DNA of 64,000 nucleotides from a bacterium (GCA_965207065.1 OZ242260.1:3520001-3584000); one strand, 5' to 3'. Positions 49,222 to 63,169 are shown, numbered from the stretch's first letter. A program made the numbers and translations. Notes: generated by a model from the letters alone, not told the origin.

Positions 49222-50589
49222 TTATCTCTTCGCCTTTCCACCACGTCTTCGCGGAGCGCTCTTCCCTCTTTGGCGAAAGCTCACCCGAAGCGGCGTACCC
49301 TCAAAATCGAACCGCTCCCTCAATCTGTTCTCCACATACCTCCCGTATTGCTCCACGGGGATTTGGCTTGCGAGACTCGCAAAGAGTATGACATGGGGCG
49401 GAAAAACGCCGCTTTGCGTGGAATAATACATCTTGGGACGCCGCCCTCCCGAAACGGTGGGAGGTGGGTGCGCATGAACGATTTCCGCCATCGCCCGGTT
49501 CAGTTGACCGGTGGAAACACGCCTGCCGTGAGATTCATGTATCTTTTCTACTACATCAAAAACACGCTCGCATCTCTGCCCTGTCAGAGCGGACACCGAA
49601 AGAACCGGTGCGAAATTGACGTGTACCAGTTTATCCTTGATCTCACGCACTTTCTCATCAAACGTCTTGCTCTCCTTCGCCAGGAGGTCCCACTTATTCA
49701 ACAAAATCGCGCAGGCTCGGCCGGATTCCTTGATGTGGCGTGCAATCTGCGCGTCCATTGTCCTTGGGCCTTCGGTTGCGTCGATGAGGAGCAGGGCGAT
49801 CTGTGCGCGTTCGATACTGCGATAGGCCATAATCATGCTCACCGCTTCCACCTGGCGCTTGCCAATCTTCCCTCTTCTCCTGATGCCGGCCGTATCCACG
49901 AAACGGTATGATTTCCCCTCTCGCACGCATAGGGAATCCACGGGGTCACGCGTCGTGCCCGGGACTGGACTCACCAGGGTCCGTTCGCTTCCGAGAATTT
50001 GGTTGACGAAAGAGGATTTTCCCACATTCGGACGGCCGACGACGGCGATACGGCGCTCATCCGTATCTTCTGCCTCCTCTGCTCCTCGTGCGCTCGAAGC
50101 GATGCGAAACGCCTCATCCATCACTTCGAACACCCCTGAGCCGTGCTCCGCCGAAACGGGCCATACTTCACCGAGTCCCAGTTGATGAAAATCCCATTCC
50201 GTCTCTCTCGCGCGCTTTGAATCTGATTTGTTCAAGATGAGCAGCACCGGTTTTTGCGAGACACGGACCATTTGCGCGACTTCGTGATCCCCAGGCAGGC
50301 GGCCCTCGATTCCATCAACAAGAAATAAAACGACATCGCTTTCCTCGATCGCAGCTGCTGTCTGTTCCAGAATTTTCGACAAGAACGGATCGCCTTCCAA
50401 AGCAGCGATACCACCCGTATCGACGGCAAGAAACTTTCTGCCTTCCCATTCGCCTTCGCCGTAGCGCCTGTCCCGGGTCACACCCGGCTCTGCTTGTACA
50501 ATGGCGTCCCGTCTGCCGATGAGACGATTGAAGAACGTGGATTTCCCCACATTCGGACGCCCTACGATTACGAAGACAGGAGAAGACAT
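49222..50589 (-). CDS. der: Ribosome biogenesis GTPase Der
   Basis: Two GRPNVGKS G-domains (DTGG, DTAG), C-terminal KH-like domain. Confidence 0.96.
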   Translation of the reverse strand: MSSPVFVIVGRPNVGKSTFFNRLIGRRDAIVQAEPGVTRDRRYGEGEWEGRKFLAVDTGGIAALEGDPFLSKILEQTAAAIEESDVVLFLVDGIEGRLPGDHEVAQMVRVSQKPVLLILNKSDSKRARETEWDFHQLGLGEVWPVSAEHGSGVFEVMDEAFRIASSARGAEEAEDTDERRIAVVGRPNVGKSSFVNQILGSERTLVSPVPGTTRDPVDSLCVREGKSYRFVDTAGIRRRGKIGKRQVEAVSMIMAYRSIERAQIALLLIDATEGPRTMDAQIARHIKESGRACAILLNKWDLLAKESKTFDEKVREIKDKLVHVNFAPVLSVSALTGQRCERVFDVVEKIHESHGRRVSTGQLNRAMAEIVHAHPPPTVSGGRRPKMYYSTQSGVFPPHVILFASLASQIPVEQYGRYVENRLRERFDFEGTPLRVSFRQRGKSAPRRRGGKAKR

Positions 50590-50615
50590 GGGAGTGTTCC
50601 CAAATGAAATGGTTT

Positions 50616-51926
50616 TTAGCGCCTCTGGGCGTTCTTCCTGGCGGCTCTAGAGCCGATGCCCACAAACCTCATGATACCTTTTGCGATACCTTCCGCAAGC
50701 GCCTGGCGGTATTTGGGACTGCGCATCCGTCGCGCTTCCTTTCGATTCGAGATGAACGCGACTTCAACCAAAATACTCGGCATCCGGGCGCCGAGCAGCA
50801 CGTAAAACGGCCCACGCTTCACGCCCAAATTTCGGATACCCCGATAACCTGGCTTCAGACGAGAGAGCATTGCTTGCTGAACCCGCTGTGCCAACTGCTG
50901 TGACTCCGTAACTTTCGACCGCAACCCCAGGTCGTTCAATATTTTTTGCAAATCCGTCATGCGCGCAAGCGTCGTCCCGCTTTCTCTGGCCGCCAGCCTG
51001 AGCGCCCTGCCCGACGAGGCCTCACTTAAAAGATAGGTTTCGATCCCGTGGATATGCCGTGAACGCGCGCTGTTCGCATGAATCGACACGAAAATATCCG
51101 CGTCATGTTCATTGGCGAACGAAGTCCTTTTGGATAGGGATATGTATCTGTCGGTAGTTCGAGTGAGATAGACCCTGTTACCGGGCAAGACGCGCCTCAG
51201 CACCCGTCTGGTCCTGAGGGAGATGTCGAGCGCGACTCGTTTTTCCCTCAAACCGGACAAACCGACCGCGCCCGGGTCCTTGCCCCCATGCCCGGGGTCC
51301 AAAACGATTCTGCCAAGCCTGTTACGAAATCTTTGAGACAAATTCATCTCGCGGCGCTTTAGCGTTTTTCGGCGAGGGGGCGCCCTGCGTGCTCGGTCGG
51401 ATTTTTTGGGTTCCGGGCGCTTTTTCCCTCCCCTCTTGGGAAGTTTCGAGATGACCCTGGTTTTCGCCCAAACGTCGATTACGATCCGTTGCGGACTCGG
51501 GAGGGTGAAAATTCGATATTTAACATCATGTTTTTTCGCGATATCGATCACGAGGCGTAGACGGTTCTTCCTCGGTTTGCCGAACCTGAGGCGGGATACG
51601 ATGCTTTTTCCCGGAGGAAATGTCGGAATTTGAACGCCTTGACCGATTCGCCCGCGAGGGAGATCAATAAAAATTCGAGAGGGTTTCCTCAAGACGTCTG
51701 ATTTGAAATCAAATACTTCGCGGTTCAATATAAAGACGATTCGCGCATAGTCCGGGGTGGAGAATTCTCGAACTCCAAGAATTCTCGCGACTGAATTTCT
51801 GGCGCCGAACGCATACCCCTCTCCTTGCATCCAGCAAACAAGAAAAAAAAACAGAATGACAATTGAATTCCTCAGCAGCCGTTTTATCTTTTCTCTTCTG
51901 AGAGTGGAGAACGAATTTCTGGCCAC
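50616..51926 (-). CDS. N-acetylmuramoyl-L-alanine amidase with AMIN domain (AmiC-like)
   Basis: IVLDPGHGGKDPGA, EK, FVSIHAN, PSILVEVAFISN. Confidence 0.92.
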   Translation of the reverse strand: MARNSFSTLRREKIKRLLRNSIVILFFFLVCWMQGEGYAFGARNSVARILGVREFSTPDYARIVFILNREVFDFKSDVLRKPSRIFIDLPRGRIGQGVQIPTFPPGKSIVSRLRFGKPRKNRLRLVIDIAKKHDVKYRIFTLPSPQRIVIDVWAKTRVISKLPKRGGKKRPEPKKSDRARRAPPRRKTLKRREMNLSQRFRNRLGRIVLDPGHGGKDPGAVGLSGLREKRVALDISLRTRRVLRRVLPGNRVYLTRTTDRYISLSKRTSFANEHDADIFVSIHANSARSRHIHGIETYLLSEASSGRALRLAARESGTTLARMTDLQKILNDLGLRSKVTESQQLAQRVQQAMLSRLKPGYRGIRNLGVKRGPFYVLLGARMPSILVEVAFISNRKEARRMRSPKYRQALAEGIAKGIMRFVGIGSRAARKNAQRR

Positions 51927-51971
51927 AGAAATCTCTCCCGTGGCGGGCGGCGTAACGGGTATGGAATAATT

Positions 51972-54460
<2,489 letters not shown>

Positions 54461-54756
54461 CTACAATCTCCCACAGGAATTGGAGGTCGTGATCAAATAA
54501 AACCGTACACCTCGCTAGACTAGATGCGTATTCCGGCGTCTTTTATCATTTCTTGAATTTAGACGGAAGCACGCGGGAATAATGTTGCTTTTTCGTAAAA
54601 CTCCATAAGCAAAAGTTCCTGTATGCGGGGCAGACAATTAAAAGATGTCGAACGAAATATTGTGACTTGGAAATTACCTGTTACTAGCAATAATATCGTT
54701 TATGGAATTTATATAAAGAGATGGGCTTCCAATCTCCCTCGCGGCATTACGAATCC

Positions 54757-55026
54757 CTATGACATTTCTCCAAAGCCGGTTCGAACCAAATCCGCTAGTT
54801 CCGCAACGGCTGCATCTTCATCTGGACCACACGCGCTGATCAGGAGCTCCGAGCCGGGGGTTGCCGCAAGCATCATGACACCCATTATGCTTTTACCGTC
54901 TACCTCCATATCACGAAATCGAACCAGAATTTCGCTCTCGAATTTACTCGACAACCTCACAAACTTGGCGGCTGCCCTCGCGTGAAGCCCCATAAGATTG
55001 CGGATGCTGACTTTTTGTTCCGCCAT
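54757..55026 (-). CDS. ptsH: Phosphocarrier protein HPr
   Basis: GLHARAA (His15), GKSIMG (Ser46). Confidence 0.93.
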   Translation of the reverse strand: MAEQKVSIRNLMGLHARAAAKFVRLSSKFESEILVRFRDMEVDGKSIMGVMMLAATPGSELLISACGPDEDAAVAELADLVRTGFGEMS

Positions 55027-55034
55027 GATGGCGT

Positions 55035-55457
55035 TTATTCCTCCTTGGCTGGGCGTTGTTTTACGGAATTGATCATCTCGCTCGGCTGGGCCAGGTTCCG
55101 CCTCCCATACTCCACCAAAAATCGCGCCGCCTCGGAGACGGTCTTCCCTTTGATAAACGACAATTTCAAGAGCATCGGCAAATTCACTCCCGTTACGACT
55201 TCTACCCCGGAATGGTTCAGCATGGCGAGAGCGGCATTCGTAGGGGCGCCTCCCATCATATCCGTCATAATAATCACGCCCTCGCCCGCATCTACCTCCA
55301 TCACCGCTTTTTCAATTTTCTCGGTAAATCCAGCGGGGTCGGCGTCAGGCTGCAGAGAGAGCGCTTTCATTTGCGTTGTCCCGGCTAGAACAGACTCAGC
55401 CGCATGCAGCAACGCATCAGGATAGTCTCCATGGCCGACGATCACCAAACCAATCAT
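55035..55457 (-). CDS. PTS mannose/fructose-type EIIA component
   Basis: MIGLVIVGHG, TDMMGGAP, GVNLPML. Confidence 0.9.
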   Translation of the reverse strand: MIGLVIVGHGDYPDALLHAAESVLAGTTQMKALSLQPDADPAGFTEKIEKAVMEVDAGEGVIIMTDMMGGAPTNAALAMLNHSGVEVVTGVNLPMLLKLSFIKGKTVSEAARFLVEYGRRNLAQPSEMINSVKQRPAKEE

Positions 55458-55488
55458 GCAGCGAAACCTCTTCTTTTCCTCTTCCCGG

Positions 55489-56430
55489 CTAACTCGTCGC
55501 CCCGAGAGCTATTTGAGCGGAGAGTGTCCGACTGAACTCCTCTGCAGAGAAATAACCCATTCTTTGCAGCAACAGATTCCTGGCCGCCACCTCGATGAGT
55601 GTGGGGATATTCCTCCCGGGAGCAACGGGAATTATCACGTGCGGCAGGCACTTTCCCAGGATGTTTTGGGTCTCGATGTCAATCCCAAGACGCTCGAAAG
55701 GCATATCCGGGGTCAAGGGAATCAACTCGACGATCATCTCGACGTTTTTTTCGTATCGAATCGCTACAACGCCAAAGAGATCTTTCAGGTTCAGAATACC
55801 CAGTCCCCTCACTTCTATGTGGTGTTTGAGCAATTCGGTGCTTTTTCCGACTAACTCATTCCCTCGCAACTGGATGTCTACCACGTCATCGGCAACGAGC
55901 CGGTGCCCCCGCGTGACCAGATGCAGAGCGCATTCACTTTTTCCAATACCGCTCTTGCCTTGAATGAGCACCCCCACACCATATAAATCAACGAGGACAC
56001 CGTGCAGTCGCGCATGCAAAGAGAGGTGCTCCTCGAGATATCCCGACAATCTCGGCATCAATTCCTTGCCGGGTAATCCTGAGATGATAATCGGTACGTT
56101 GGACTTATCAGACGCTTCCTGGATACTTGGGAAGATATCTTTCCCACCTGTGACCAACACCGCGCACAAGGGCAAGCGAAAATATTCACGCACGGCCTCG
56201 ATCCGCTTCTCTTCATCGAGGTCATCAAGAAAACGAACTTCCGTGCTACCCCATACCTGAATCCTGTCGGGATGTACAGCTTTCAGAAAACCGGCGAGTG
56301 GCAAACCATTTTTTTGAAAGTGCGTATGATTGATCTGGCGGTTCATGCCAGACTCGCCCGAAATTACGGACAACTTCAACTCTTCCCGCAAATCCGCATA
56401 CAATTGAGATACCGAGAGCTTGCTCATCAT
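55489..56430 (-). CDS. hprK: HPr kinase/phosphorylase
   Basis: HGVLVDLYGVGVLIQGKSGIGKSECAL, LVADD, EVRGLG, PGRN. Confidence 0.95.
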   Translation of the reverse strand: MMSKLSVSQLYADLREELKLSVISGESGMNRQINHTHFQKNGLPLAGFLKAVHPDRIQVWGSTEVRFLDDLDEEKRIEAVREYFRLPLCAVLVTGGKDIFPSIQEASDKSNVPIIISGLPGKELMPRLSGYLEEHLSLHARLHGVLVDLYGVGVLIQGKSGIGKSECALHLVTRGHRLVADDVVDIQLRGNELVGKSTELLKHHIEVRGLGILNLKDLFGVVAIRYEKNVEMIVELIPLTPDMPFERLGIDIETQNILGKCLPHVIIPVAPGRNIPTLIEVAARNLLLQRMGYFSAEEFSRTLSAQIALGATS

Positions 56431-56672
56431 GTTCCTCGATGCTCTATACACCCGGGGGATTCATTGTCCGATCCAAGAGAACCAAATGAACATTTGTTAC
56501 GAAACAATCAAGATACGATGCTGCGTAAAGGAAAATGGAACGCCCTCCACCGGGGATAATAACAAATATATTTCAAATAACCCACGTATCCAGGAAGCAT
56601 CATCAGCCGCCCCTAGAAACCATGGAGTGCGTAGGTGAGAATTATAAGTCCATGCACGAACCGCAATGATTT

Positions 56673-58109
56673 TTATTGACGCATTTTGCGTCTTTTGCTG
56701 GTGGGAGAGATGCGCAGTTCTTTGCGGTATTTCGTCACTGTCCGCCTCGCAATCGCCACGTTGTTCTGTTTGAGTTTTTCCGCAATTTTCTGGTCAGTGA
56801 GCGGCTTCTCAGGGTTTTCCTCCGTCACCATTTTCTTGATGATTTCCTTTACGGCCAGCGAAGAGGTGCTCTCTCCCGCACTTGATTCCAACCCACTGTG
56901 AAAAAAATACTTAAGGCTCAAAACACCCTGTGGGGTATCCATATACTTGCCCGTCGTAACACGACTCACGGTAGATTCGTGCATCTCGATATCTTGCGCC
57001 ACATCCTTCAAGATCAGGGGCTTTAGGTGGCTCACGCCATGATCCAAGAAATCCTTCTGGAATCGCACAATGCTTCGACAAACTCTGAGAATCGTCTGCC
57101 TTCTCTGCTCTATACTTTTGACGAACCAGACGGCCACCCTCAACTTTTCCTCCAGATACTTCCGCGTATCGGGCGAGGTTCCCGATTTGTCGACTGCCAT
57201 GGCTGCATACTGAGAGTTCACACGCAGGAGTGGCAAACTGTCGTCATTGAGTGTCACCTCATATTCATCTCCTCTTTTGGTGACACTCACATCCGGGATC
57301 ACTATCTCCGCGCCTTGATCGGAAAAACGCAACCCCGGGCGAGGATCGAGACTCCGAATGATGCCGATGGCCTGAACGATGTCTTCCGCAGTAACACCGT
57401 TAACCTTGGCGAGTTTCCCATATTGAGGCTCACCTATATCCTCAATATTCTCTAGCACCAGGATTCTAGCCAAATCCACAAAACAACTGTTTCCGTTTGC
57501 AGGCAACTCGCTATTTTTCAGTTGGATAAGAAGGCATTCTTGAAGTGTCCTCGCAGCAACGCCAGACGGATTGAATCCCTGCACCAACGCCAACGCCCTG
57601 TTTGCCTCGCGAGGCCCAAGACCAACGTAGGCCGCCAACTCATCCACGTCAGCCTCAAGATAACCTTCCTCATTCACATTCCAGATAATTTGTTCAGCAA
57701 CCCTTGCTATCGGCTCGGGAGCCACCGAAAGACTCAATTGCCGCTCCAAGTGTTCATATAACGTATCGGGCCGCGTCAAGGTCTGTTCATGAGAGGGGAA
57801 ATCATCAGCGAGGGTTGGAGACGAAAAATCTTCAAAATTGTCTTGGATGATGTTTTCCCAATCAATCTCACCTCTTTCATCATTTTGATTTTCGGGAACA
57901 TCACCTCTCATTTCCGGCATCTCACCATCAACCACTTCTTTTTCTTCATCCTGAATTTCTTCCAACAAGGGGTTATTCAACATTTCCTGCTGAACGGCTT
58001 GCTGCATTTCCGTGCGGTTCAGAGGCAACAGGCCTATCGCCTGCCGCAACATGGTGGTCATGACAAGACGCTGCTCTGGCCTCATTGTCATCTTATGCTG
58101 CAAAGCCAC
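56673..58109 (-). CDS. rpoN: RNA polymerase sigma-54 factor
   Basis: NPLLE, MHESTVSRVT, RpoN box ARRTVTKYR; GTG start at 58109. Confidence 0.96.
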   Translation of the reverse strand: MALQHKMTMRPEQRLVMTTMLRQAIGLLPLNRTEMQQAVQQEMLNNPLLEEIQDEEKEVVDGEMPEMRGDVPENQNDERGEIDWENIIQDNFEDFSSPTLADDFPSHEQTLTRPDTLYEHLERQLSLSVAPEPIARVAEQIIWNVNEEGYLEADVDELAAYVGLGPREANRALALVQGFNPSGVAARTLQECLLIQLKNSELPANGNSCFVDLARILVLENIEDIGEPQYGKLAKVNGVTAEDIVQAIGIIRSLDPRPGLRFSDQGAEIVIPDVSVTKRGDEYEVTLNDDSLPLLRVNSQYAAMAVDKSGTSPDTRKYLEEKLRVAVWFVKSIEQRRQTILRVCRSIVRFQKDFLDHGVSHLKPLILKDVAQDIEMHESTVSRVTTGKYMDTPQGVLSLKYFFHSGLESSAGESTSSLAVKEIIKKMVTEENPEKPLTDQKIAEKLKQNNVAIARRTVTKYRKELRISPTSKRRKMRQ

Positions 58110-58125
58110 GTGGATTCCCCTCACT

Positions 58126-58890
58126 TCAAAGACGAAATTTTTTGCCCAGATAAACATGCCGAGCTTTATCACTTACGGCAATTTTTTCCGGGGTGCCGGA
58201 TTCCAGTATACGCCCCTCATTGATAATGTATGCCCTGTCGGAAATTTGTAGAGCTTCACGTACGTTATGGTCCGTAATGATGACACCAATCCCACGAGCT
58301 TTTAAGCCCACCACTATTTCCTGAATGTCGTTAACCACGATAGGGTCAATTCCTGCGAAAGGCTCATCAAGCAGCATAAAAGTGGGATTTGTGGCCAATG
58401 CCCGAGCAATTTCTACACGCCTTCGTTCACCGCCGGAGAGAGCATATCCCTTCAAGGATTGAATGTGCTGGATATCCAAGCTCTCTAAAATTTCGTTTAA
58501 TCTCCTCTCGCGTTGGTCTGGATCACGCAAGACTAATTCAAGTACCGCCATAATGTTTTGCTTTACCGAAAGGCGACGGAACACAGACGCTTCTTGAGGT
58601 AGGTAGCTGATTCCCTTCTTGGCGCGTACATGCATGGGCTGACCGGTGATTTCTATGCCGTTCAAAAATATTTTGCCCGCATCTGGTGCTATCAACCCGA
58701 CAATCATATAAAATATCGTCGTCTTGCCTGCCCCGTTTGGTCCTAGCAAACCCACGATTTCACCAGGATGCACTTCGAGTTCCACGCCGGAGACAACCGT
58801 CCGGTCTGAATAGCTTTTCGTTAACTTAGTGGCCTGAACAGAAGCAGCACCTTCACGTCTTGCAGCACTACCATCGGTTCGCGTAGACAT
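58126..58890 (-). CDS. lptB: LPS export ABC ATPase
   Basis: [50 protein letters not shown]. Confidence 0.95.
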   Translation of the reverse strand: MSTRTDGSAARREGAASVQATKLTKSYSDRTVVSGVELEVHPGEIVGLLGPNGAGKTTIFYMIVGLIAPDAGKIFLNGIEITGQPMHVRAKKGISYLPQEASVFRRLSVKQNIMAVLELVLRDPDQRERRLNEILESLDIQHIQSLKGYALSGGERRRVEIARALATNPTFMLLDEPFAGIDPIVVNDIQEIVVGLKARGIGVIITDHNVREALQISDRAYIINEGRILESGTPEKIAVSDKARHVYLGKKFRL

Positions 58891-58894
58891 GAGT

Positions 58895-59488
58895 CTAGTT
58901 CGATTTTTTACGGCGGGGTGTCTCGCTGGAAGGGAAAAGAGTAACGTTGACTCTCTGGTCATCCGAGCCATGAACTATCGTTTTATCTTCTTTCAAATTC
59001 AATTCTATTTTGGCGCCGACTAACCGATTCTTTCCTTCCCATACGCGAGGGCTGCCCGTCAAGATTGCGATGCCGGTTGATTCTCGATATTCGAGTCGGG
59101 CAGCAGTGGCGAACCTTCGTTTTGCTTGATTCATCTCTACATTTCCGATGGCCACGATTCTATCGATTTCCCCCGCTCTGCCTTTTGGGGTTGGCTTTCG
59201 CTTGGAGCCGTATTGTTTGGTTTCCAGCGTATAAATTTCGAGGCGATTCGCCTTTAGTCTCATCTTCCCCTGGTTCGCTTCCACATTCCCGATGAACACG
59301 ATGAAATTCTTCCGACTGTTTACTTCCATTTTATCGGAGACAATGTGGATCTGTACCTGGCGGTTTAAGTGACCTTTTTTGTCTTTTTCCTGTGCAGATA
59401 AATTAGTGCCGCTCCACACCAAAAGACCTAAGAATATCCCCAGGCCAATGAGGGTAAGACGTATCAGGCGGTAGTTTTTCAGTTTCAA
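58895..59488 (-). CDS. lptA: LPS transport periplasmic protein
   Basis: Signal peptide, OstA-like IHIVSDKME...[10 protein letters not shown]...AIGNV...LTGSP; synteny. Confidence 0.85.
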   Translation of the reverse strand: MKLKNYRLIRLTLIGLGIFLGLLVWSGTNLSAQEKDKKGHLNRQVQIHIVSDKMEVNSRKNFIVFIGNVEANQGKMRLKANRLEIYTLETKQYGSKRKPTPKGRAGEIDRIVAIGNVEMNQAKRRFATAARLEYRESTGIAILTGSPRVWEGKNRLVGAKIELNLKEDKTIVHGSDDQRVNVTLFPSSETPRRKKSN

Positions 59489-59522
59489 AACAGCCCTCCA
59501 TCAGGGAATGGCCGTATTTTCT

Positions 59523-60134
59523 TTAGTTGGCGCGTGTCAGCTTTTTTCCCCTTTTCTCCATAAGGGAATGCCCGCTCCCACCGTATATCGTAGCGCTCAC
59601 TTTCTCCTTCAGCTTGTACTTCCCGATATCGGTATGCCCCTGTAGACCGGTTCCGACAAGACGAAAACGAGCCCCCTCCATTAAGACCTTCGAATCCGAA
59701 TCAATACGTTTCTCTTTTGAGTGAAAATACAAAGAATCTGTTTTCATCGAAACGCCATTAGAAGCCAGGATGGTAACATTTCCGCTGATTCTAATGTTCC
59801 GGCTTTCATTTTGCATGGTTCCTTCTTGAGCAGTCACATGCGATGGATCACCTTCATCCGAGTAAAACCGAAGCTTCAGGTTCTTAAGAATGGTCAAGCC
59901 TTTTTGGCGATAGACCTTGGCTGAGTCAGCCCACAACTCCCATTCCCTAACACCTTTTGTGTTCTGGACAACATGCATTTTATCTATGTTTAGGTCCGCA
60001 TCCGAGTTTGTGAGCGAAAATTCTCCTAAATGGAGTTGATGATTTGAAGAACCCAAGATGAAATAGGCAATAGTACCGCCCATCACGAGCAGAAAGCCCA
60101 GCAACACCGTTCTCAGCATCTTACGGAATAGCAT
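59523..60134 (-). CDS. lptC: LPS export protein
   Basis: TM anchor, WELWADSA, ISGNV...MKTDSL beta-jellyroll; synteny. Confidence 0.85.
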   Translation of the reverse strand: MLFRKMLRTVLLGFLLVMGGTIAYFILGSSNHQLHLGEFSLTNSDADLNIDKMHVVQNTKGVREWELWADSAKVYRQKGLTILKNLKLRFYSDEGDPSHVTAQEGTMQNESRNIRISGNVTILASNGVSMKTDSLYFHSKEKRIDSDSKVLMEGARFRLVGTGLQGHTDIGKYKLKEKVSATIYGGSGHSLMEKRGKKLTRAN

Positions 60135-60324
60135 CGCAAACCTTCTGAAACACAGGCGGTATTCAACGACAGCACATGTCATATCTGTGATAAGAAACTC
60201 ATCCCTCCAAAGCCATGAAATTTATTTTCTCGTACTGGTTACATCTGTTACATCAAAGAAGATAAGCAAAAACAACGCCCTGTAAGAGTGCCACCCTTTA
60301 CTTTCTTTGTAAAGAAGAAATATT

Positions 60325-60738
60325 TCACGGACGGGAAATGTATAGGCGTCTACTTTCATCTTCCACAAACTCAAACTTGACGTGAGTCGATACAGAGAAA
60401 CGCCATTTTTCCACATGGTTAGGCCACTCAATTAAAACAAAATCACCCTGACCGATATGATCCCACAAACCCATTTCCATGAGGTCTGAATCTTTGGGAA
60501 GCCGATATAAATCGATGTGGTGAGTAGGGGGCAAGGTCGGATAATGGTGAATATAGACGAATGTGGGGCTTCTGATAATTTGCCCTTCTCCCCCCGGCAT
60601 CGATTCGATAAAACCTTTTGCAAATACTGTTTTCCCAGCACCTAAATCGCCATCGAGCAAAATGACCTCGCCGGGTCTCGATACTTTCGCCAAGCGAGCA
60701 CCCAGTTCGGCTGTTTGCTCTACCGAATCACTTTGCAT
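60325..60738 (-). CDS. tsaE: t6A biosynthesis ATPase
   Basis: GDLGAGKT, SPTF, HIDLYRL, IEWP. Start uncertain (ATG at 60738 or slightly upstream). Confidence 0.92.
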   Translation of the reverse strand: MQSDSVEQTAELGARLAKVSRPGEVILLDGDLGAGKTVFAKGFIESMPGGEGQIIRSPTFVYIHHYPTLPPTHHIDLYRLPKDSDLMEMGLWDHIGQGDFVLIEWPNHVEKWRFSVSTHVKFEFVEDESRRLYISRP

Positions 60739-60751
60739 CTCAAAGGGAAAT

Positions 60752-62326
60752 TCAAACAGTTTCAGAATCTCCTGCCTCCATGAGCACTTTCCTTCTCGCC
60801 TTGGGAAGAGCCTGTAAAATATCAGTTGCCGTGATTCCGAGCCCGCCCACTTCCGAGGATGCCAATTCTCCAGACATGCCATGCAGATAAACCCCGCATA
60901 TCAAAGACCATTTTCGGGAAAGCCCCTGAGCGAGCAAAGCGCCAATAACCCCCGCCAATACATCTCCACTGCCTGCGGTGGCCATATTGGAATTTCCAGT
61001 GGGGTTGTACCAGATTTCTCCATCCGATGTGGCGACAATTGTTCCCCAGCCCTTTAAGGCGATGTCAAGATGATGGTGCGAGGCAAATGAGTTTGCGTGT
61101 GTAATGCGATCTTCTTGTACTTCTTGTGTCGATAGCCCAAGGAGCCTTGCCATTTCTCCTGGGTGTGGCGTCAGGATCAATTGAGCGAGTCTGCCGTCCA
61201 GGATAGTCAAATCCTGAGCAAGCGCATTCAGACCATCGGCATCAAGGACAACGGGTGCGCCAATGTGTTGGATGAGCAAATGGACAAGCTCAATAGTTCT
61301 CGGGTTCGTCTGAAGCCCGGGTCCTATCACCAAAGCATTCATGTCTTCTGAACGCTCAACGAGAAAATCGAATGCCGAGGCGTCAATCGATCCAGACTCA
61401 GTGGCCGGCAAAGACAACGTCATGATTTCAGGGTATTTACTCTCCACCAGGGGAGAAATACTTTCAGGCACCGCAAGCGTCACCCGGCCTGCGCCCGTGC
61501 GAAGGGCCGACATGGCCGTCATCAATGCGGCTCCTGACATACCGGGCGCGCCAGCTACCAACAAAAGATGGCCGGCATCCCCTTTGTGCGCATCAGGGCG
61601 TCTTTCTGGTAAATTCTCAGCCACATCCGAAGGTTCCGTAACGTGGAGTGAAATATCTTCTTCTTTCAGGCATTCATGCGGAATCCCGATGTCAAGAGAT
61701 ATGACCTCCCCCACATGCTCAGCCGCCGGCATGAGAAGATGACCCCGCTTGAGGGCGCCTAAAGCCAAGGTGGTCTTTGCGTTAATATATGGAAGTTCAG
61801 CCCTGCCAGTCGTGGAATCGAGTCCAGATGGCATATCAATGGCCACGATCGGTATATCGATGGCGGAAAGGATGCGGACGGCCTCCTCTGCAAGACCTCG
61901 GGCAGGCGGCCGAAACCCGGTTCCCAGAATGGCGTCCACTACCAGATCCGCATTTTTGCCCATCTCCTCCAACAGCGAGGTGTTATCCTCCGCCACCTCT
62001 AAGATGGGAATTCGCATCCTATCAAGCGATTTCAAAAAAACGCCCGGGTCACCTGTGACTTCTCTCAGAGGAAACAAAGTCGCGATATCGACATCGGCTC
62101 CTGCATTGAGTAAATGTCTGGCAACAACGAAACCATCCCCACCGTTGTTCCCTTTTCCGCAAACAATCAGAACACGGAGAGCGGCTCTGCCATATTTTTC
62201 CCAAATCTTTTGAGCGGATTTTAACCCTGCCGCCTCCATCAAACATGTGGAGGGAATCCCATATTCTTGAATTGCCCGGTTGTCGATATTCGACATTTCC
62301 TGGGCTGTTACGACGGGAATCGGCAT
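60752..62326 (-). CDS. nnr: Bifunctional NAD(P)HX epimerase/dehydratase
   Basis: LMEAAG, GKGNNGGDG, DAILGTG, HKGDAG, LDADGLN, TPHPGEM, ATAGSGDVLAG. Confidence 0.95.
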   Translation of the reverse strand: MPIPVVTAQEMSNIDNRAIQEYGIPSTCLMEAAGLKSAQKIWEKYGRAALRVLIVCGKGNNGGDGFVVARHLLNAGADVDIATLFPLREVTGDPGVFLKSLDRMRIPILEVAEDNTSLLEEMGKNADLVVDAILGTGFRPPARGLAEEAVRILSAIDIPIVAIDMPSGLDSTTGRAELPYINAKTTLALGALKRGHLLMPAAEHVGEVISLDIGIPHECLKEEDISLHVTEPSDVAENLPERRPDAHKGDAGHLLLVAGAPGMSGAALMTAMSALRTGAGRVTLAVPESISPLVESKYPEIMTLSLPATESGSIDASAFDFLVERSEDMNALVIGPGLQTNPRTIELVHLLIQHIGAPVVLDADGLNALAQDLTILDGRLAQLILTPHPGEMARLLGLSTQEVQEDRITHANSFASHHHLDIALKGWGTIVATSDGEIWYNPTGNSNMATAGSGDVLAGVIGALLAQGLSRKWSLICGVYLHGMSGELASSEVGGLGITATDILQALPKARRKVLMEAGDSETV

Positions 62327-62328
62327 GC

Positions 62329-63075
62329 TCAGGCGGGGCCTACTCGTTCAATTATATTCGACATCTCGCGCACGGCTCTCTCAAAACCGACGAAAACAGA
62401 ATGTGAAACAATGCTGTGGCCAATGTTCAGTTCCTGCAGGTGGGGGAGTTGGGCCACAGCTTGCACATTGAGATAAGTGAGTCCGTGGCCTGCGTGAACG
62501 CCGAGGCCGAGGTCATGGGCCCGTATAGAAGCTTCGCTGAGCGAGGCCAACTCTTTTTCCTGAGAAAGTTCCCCCCTGGCTTCAGAATAAGCAGCCGTGT
62601 TCAGCTCCACGAAATCTGCGCTTAACTCTTTTGCGGCTTCAATTTGTTCGGGATGCGGGTCGATGAAAAGACTCAAGAGCAACCCGGCATCTCGCAGCGG
62701 CTTCATTAAACCGGCTATCTGTTCGATGTTGCCTGCCACATCCAAGCCGCCCTCGGTCGTTATCTCCTCGCGCCGCTCCGGAACAAGGGTAACCTGCTCC
62801 GGCTTCACATCAAGGGCAATGCCTTGCATCTCAGCTACAGGCGCCATCTCGAGGTTGAGCTTGCCCCGAACCACTTGGCGCATCAGCCTCAAGTCCCTGT
62901 CCTGGATATGCCTTCTGTCTTCACGAAGGTGAATGGTGATACCTATCGCTCCCACTCGTTCCGCGATGAGTGCAGCCGCCACCGGATCGGGCTCATTCGT
63001 CTTTCGCGCTTCACGGATGGTGGCGACATGGTCCACATTCACACAGAGTTTAGGCATCTTTCTCCTCAACACCAT
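62329..63075 (-). CDS. pdxJ: Pyridoxine 5'-phosphate synthase
   Basis: [37 protein letters not shown]. Confidence 0.96.
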   Translation of the reverse strand: MVLRRKMPKLCVNVDHVATIREARKTNEPDPVAAALIAERVGAIGITIHLREDRRHIQDRDLRLMRQVVRGKLNLEMAPVAEMQGIALDVKPEQVTLVPERREEITTEGGLDVAGNIEQIAGLMKPLRDAGLLLSLFIDPHPEQIEAAKELSADFVELNTAAYSEARGELSQEKELASLSEASIRAHDLGLGVHAGHGLTYLNVQAVAQLPHLQELNIGHSIVSHSVFVGFERAVREMSNIIERVGPA

Positions 63076-63169
63076 AAGTCCAATACGATGCCAACAGGAC
63101 GGTCTCCTCCAGAGCGTCAGACTCCAGAGGCGCTTACATCTGCATCATAAATCGAAATATAGGGAGAAA

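Noticed and set aside
54461-54756. SAM riboswitch upstream of metK (also checked the leaders of both metY genes)
   Set aside because: No SAM-I/II consensus recognisable by eye; an Infernal scan is needed to exclude it.
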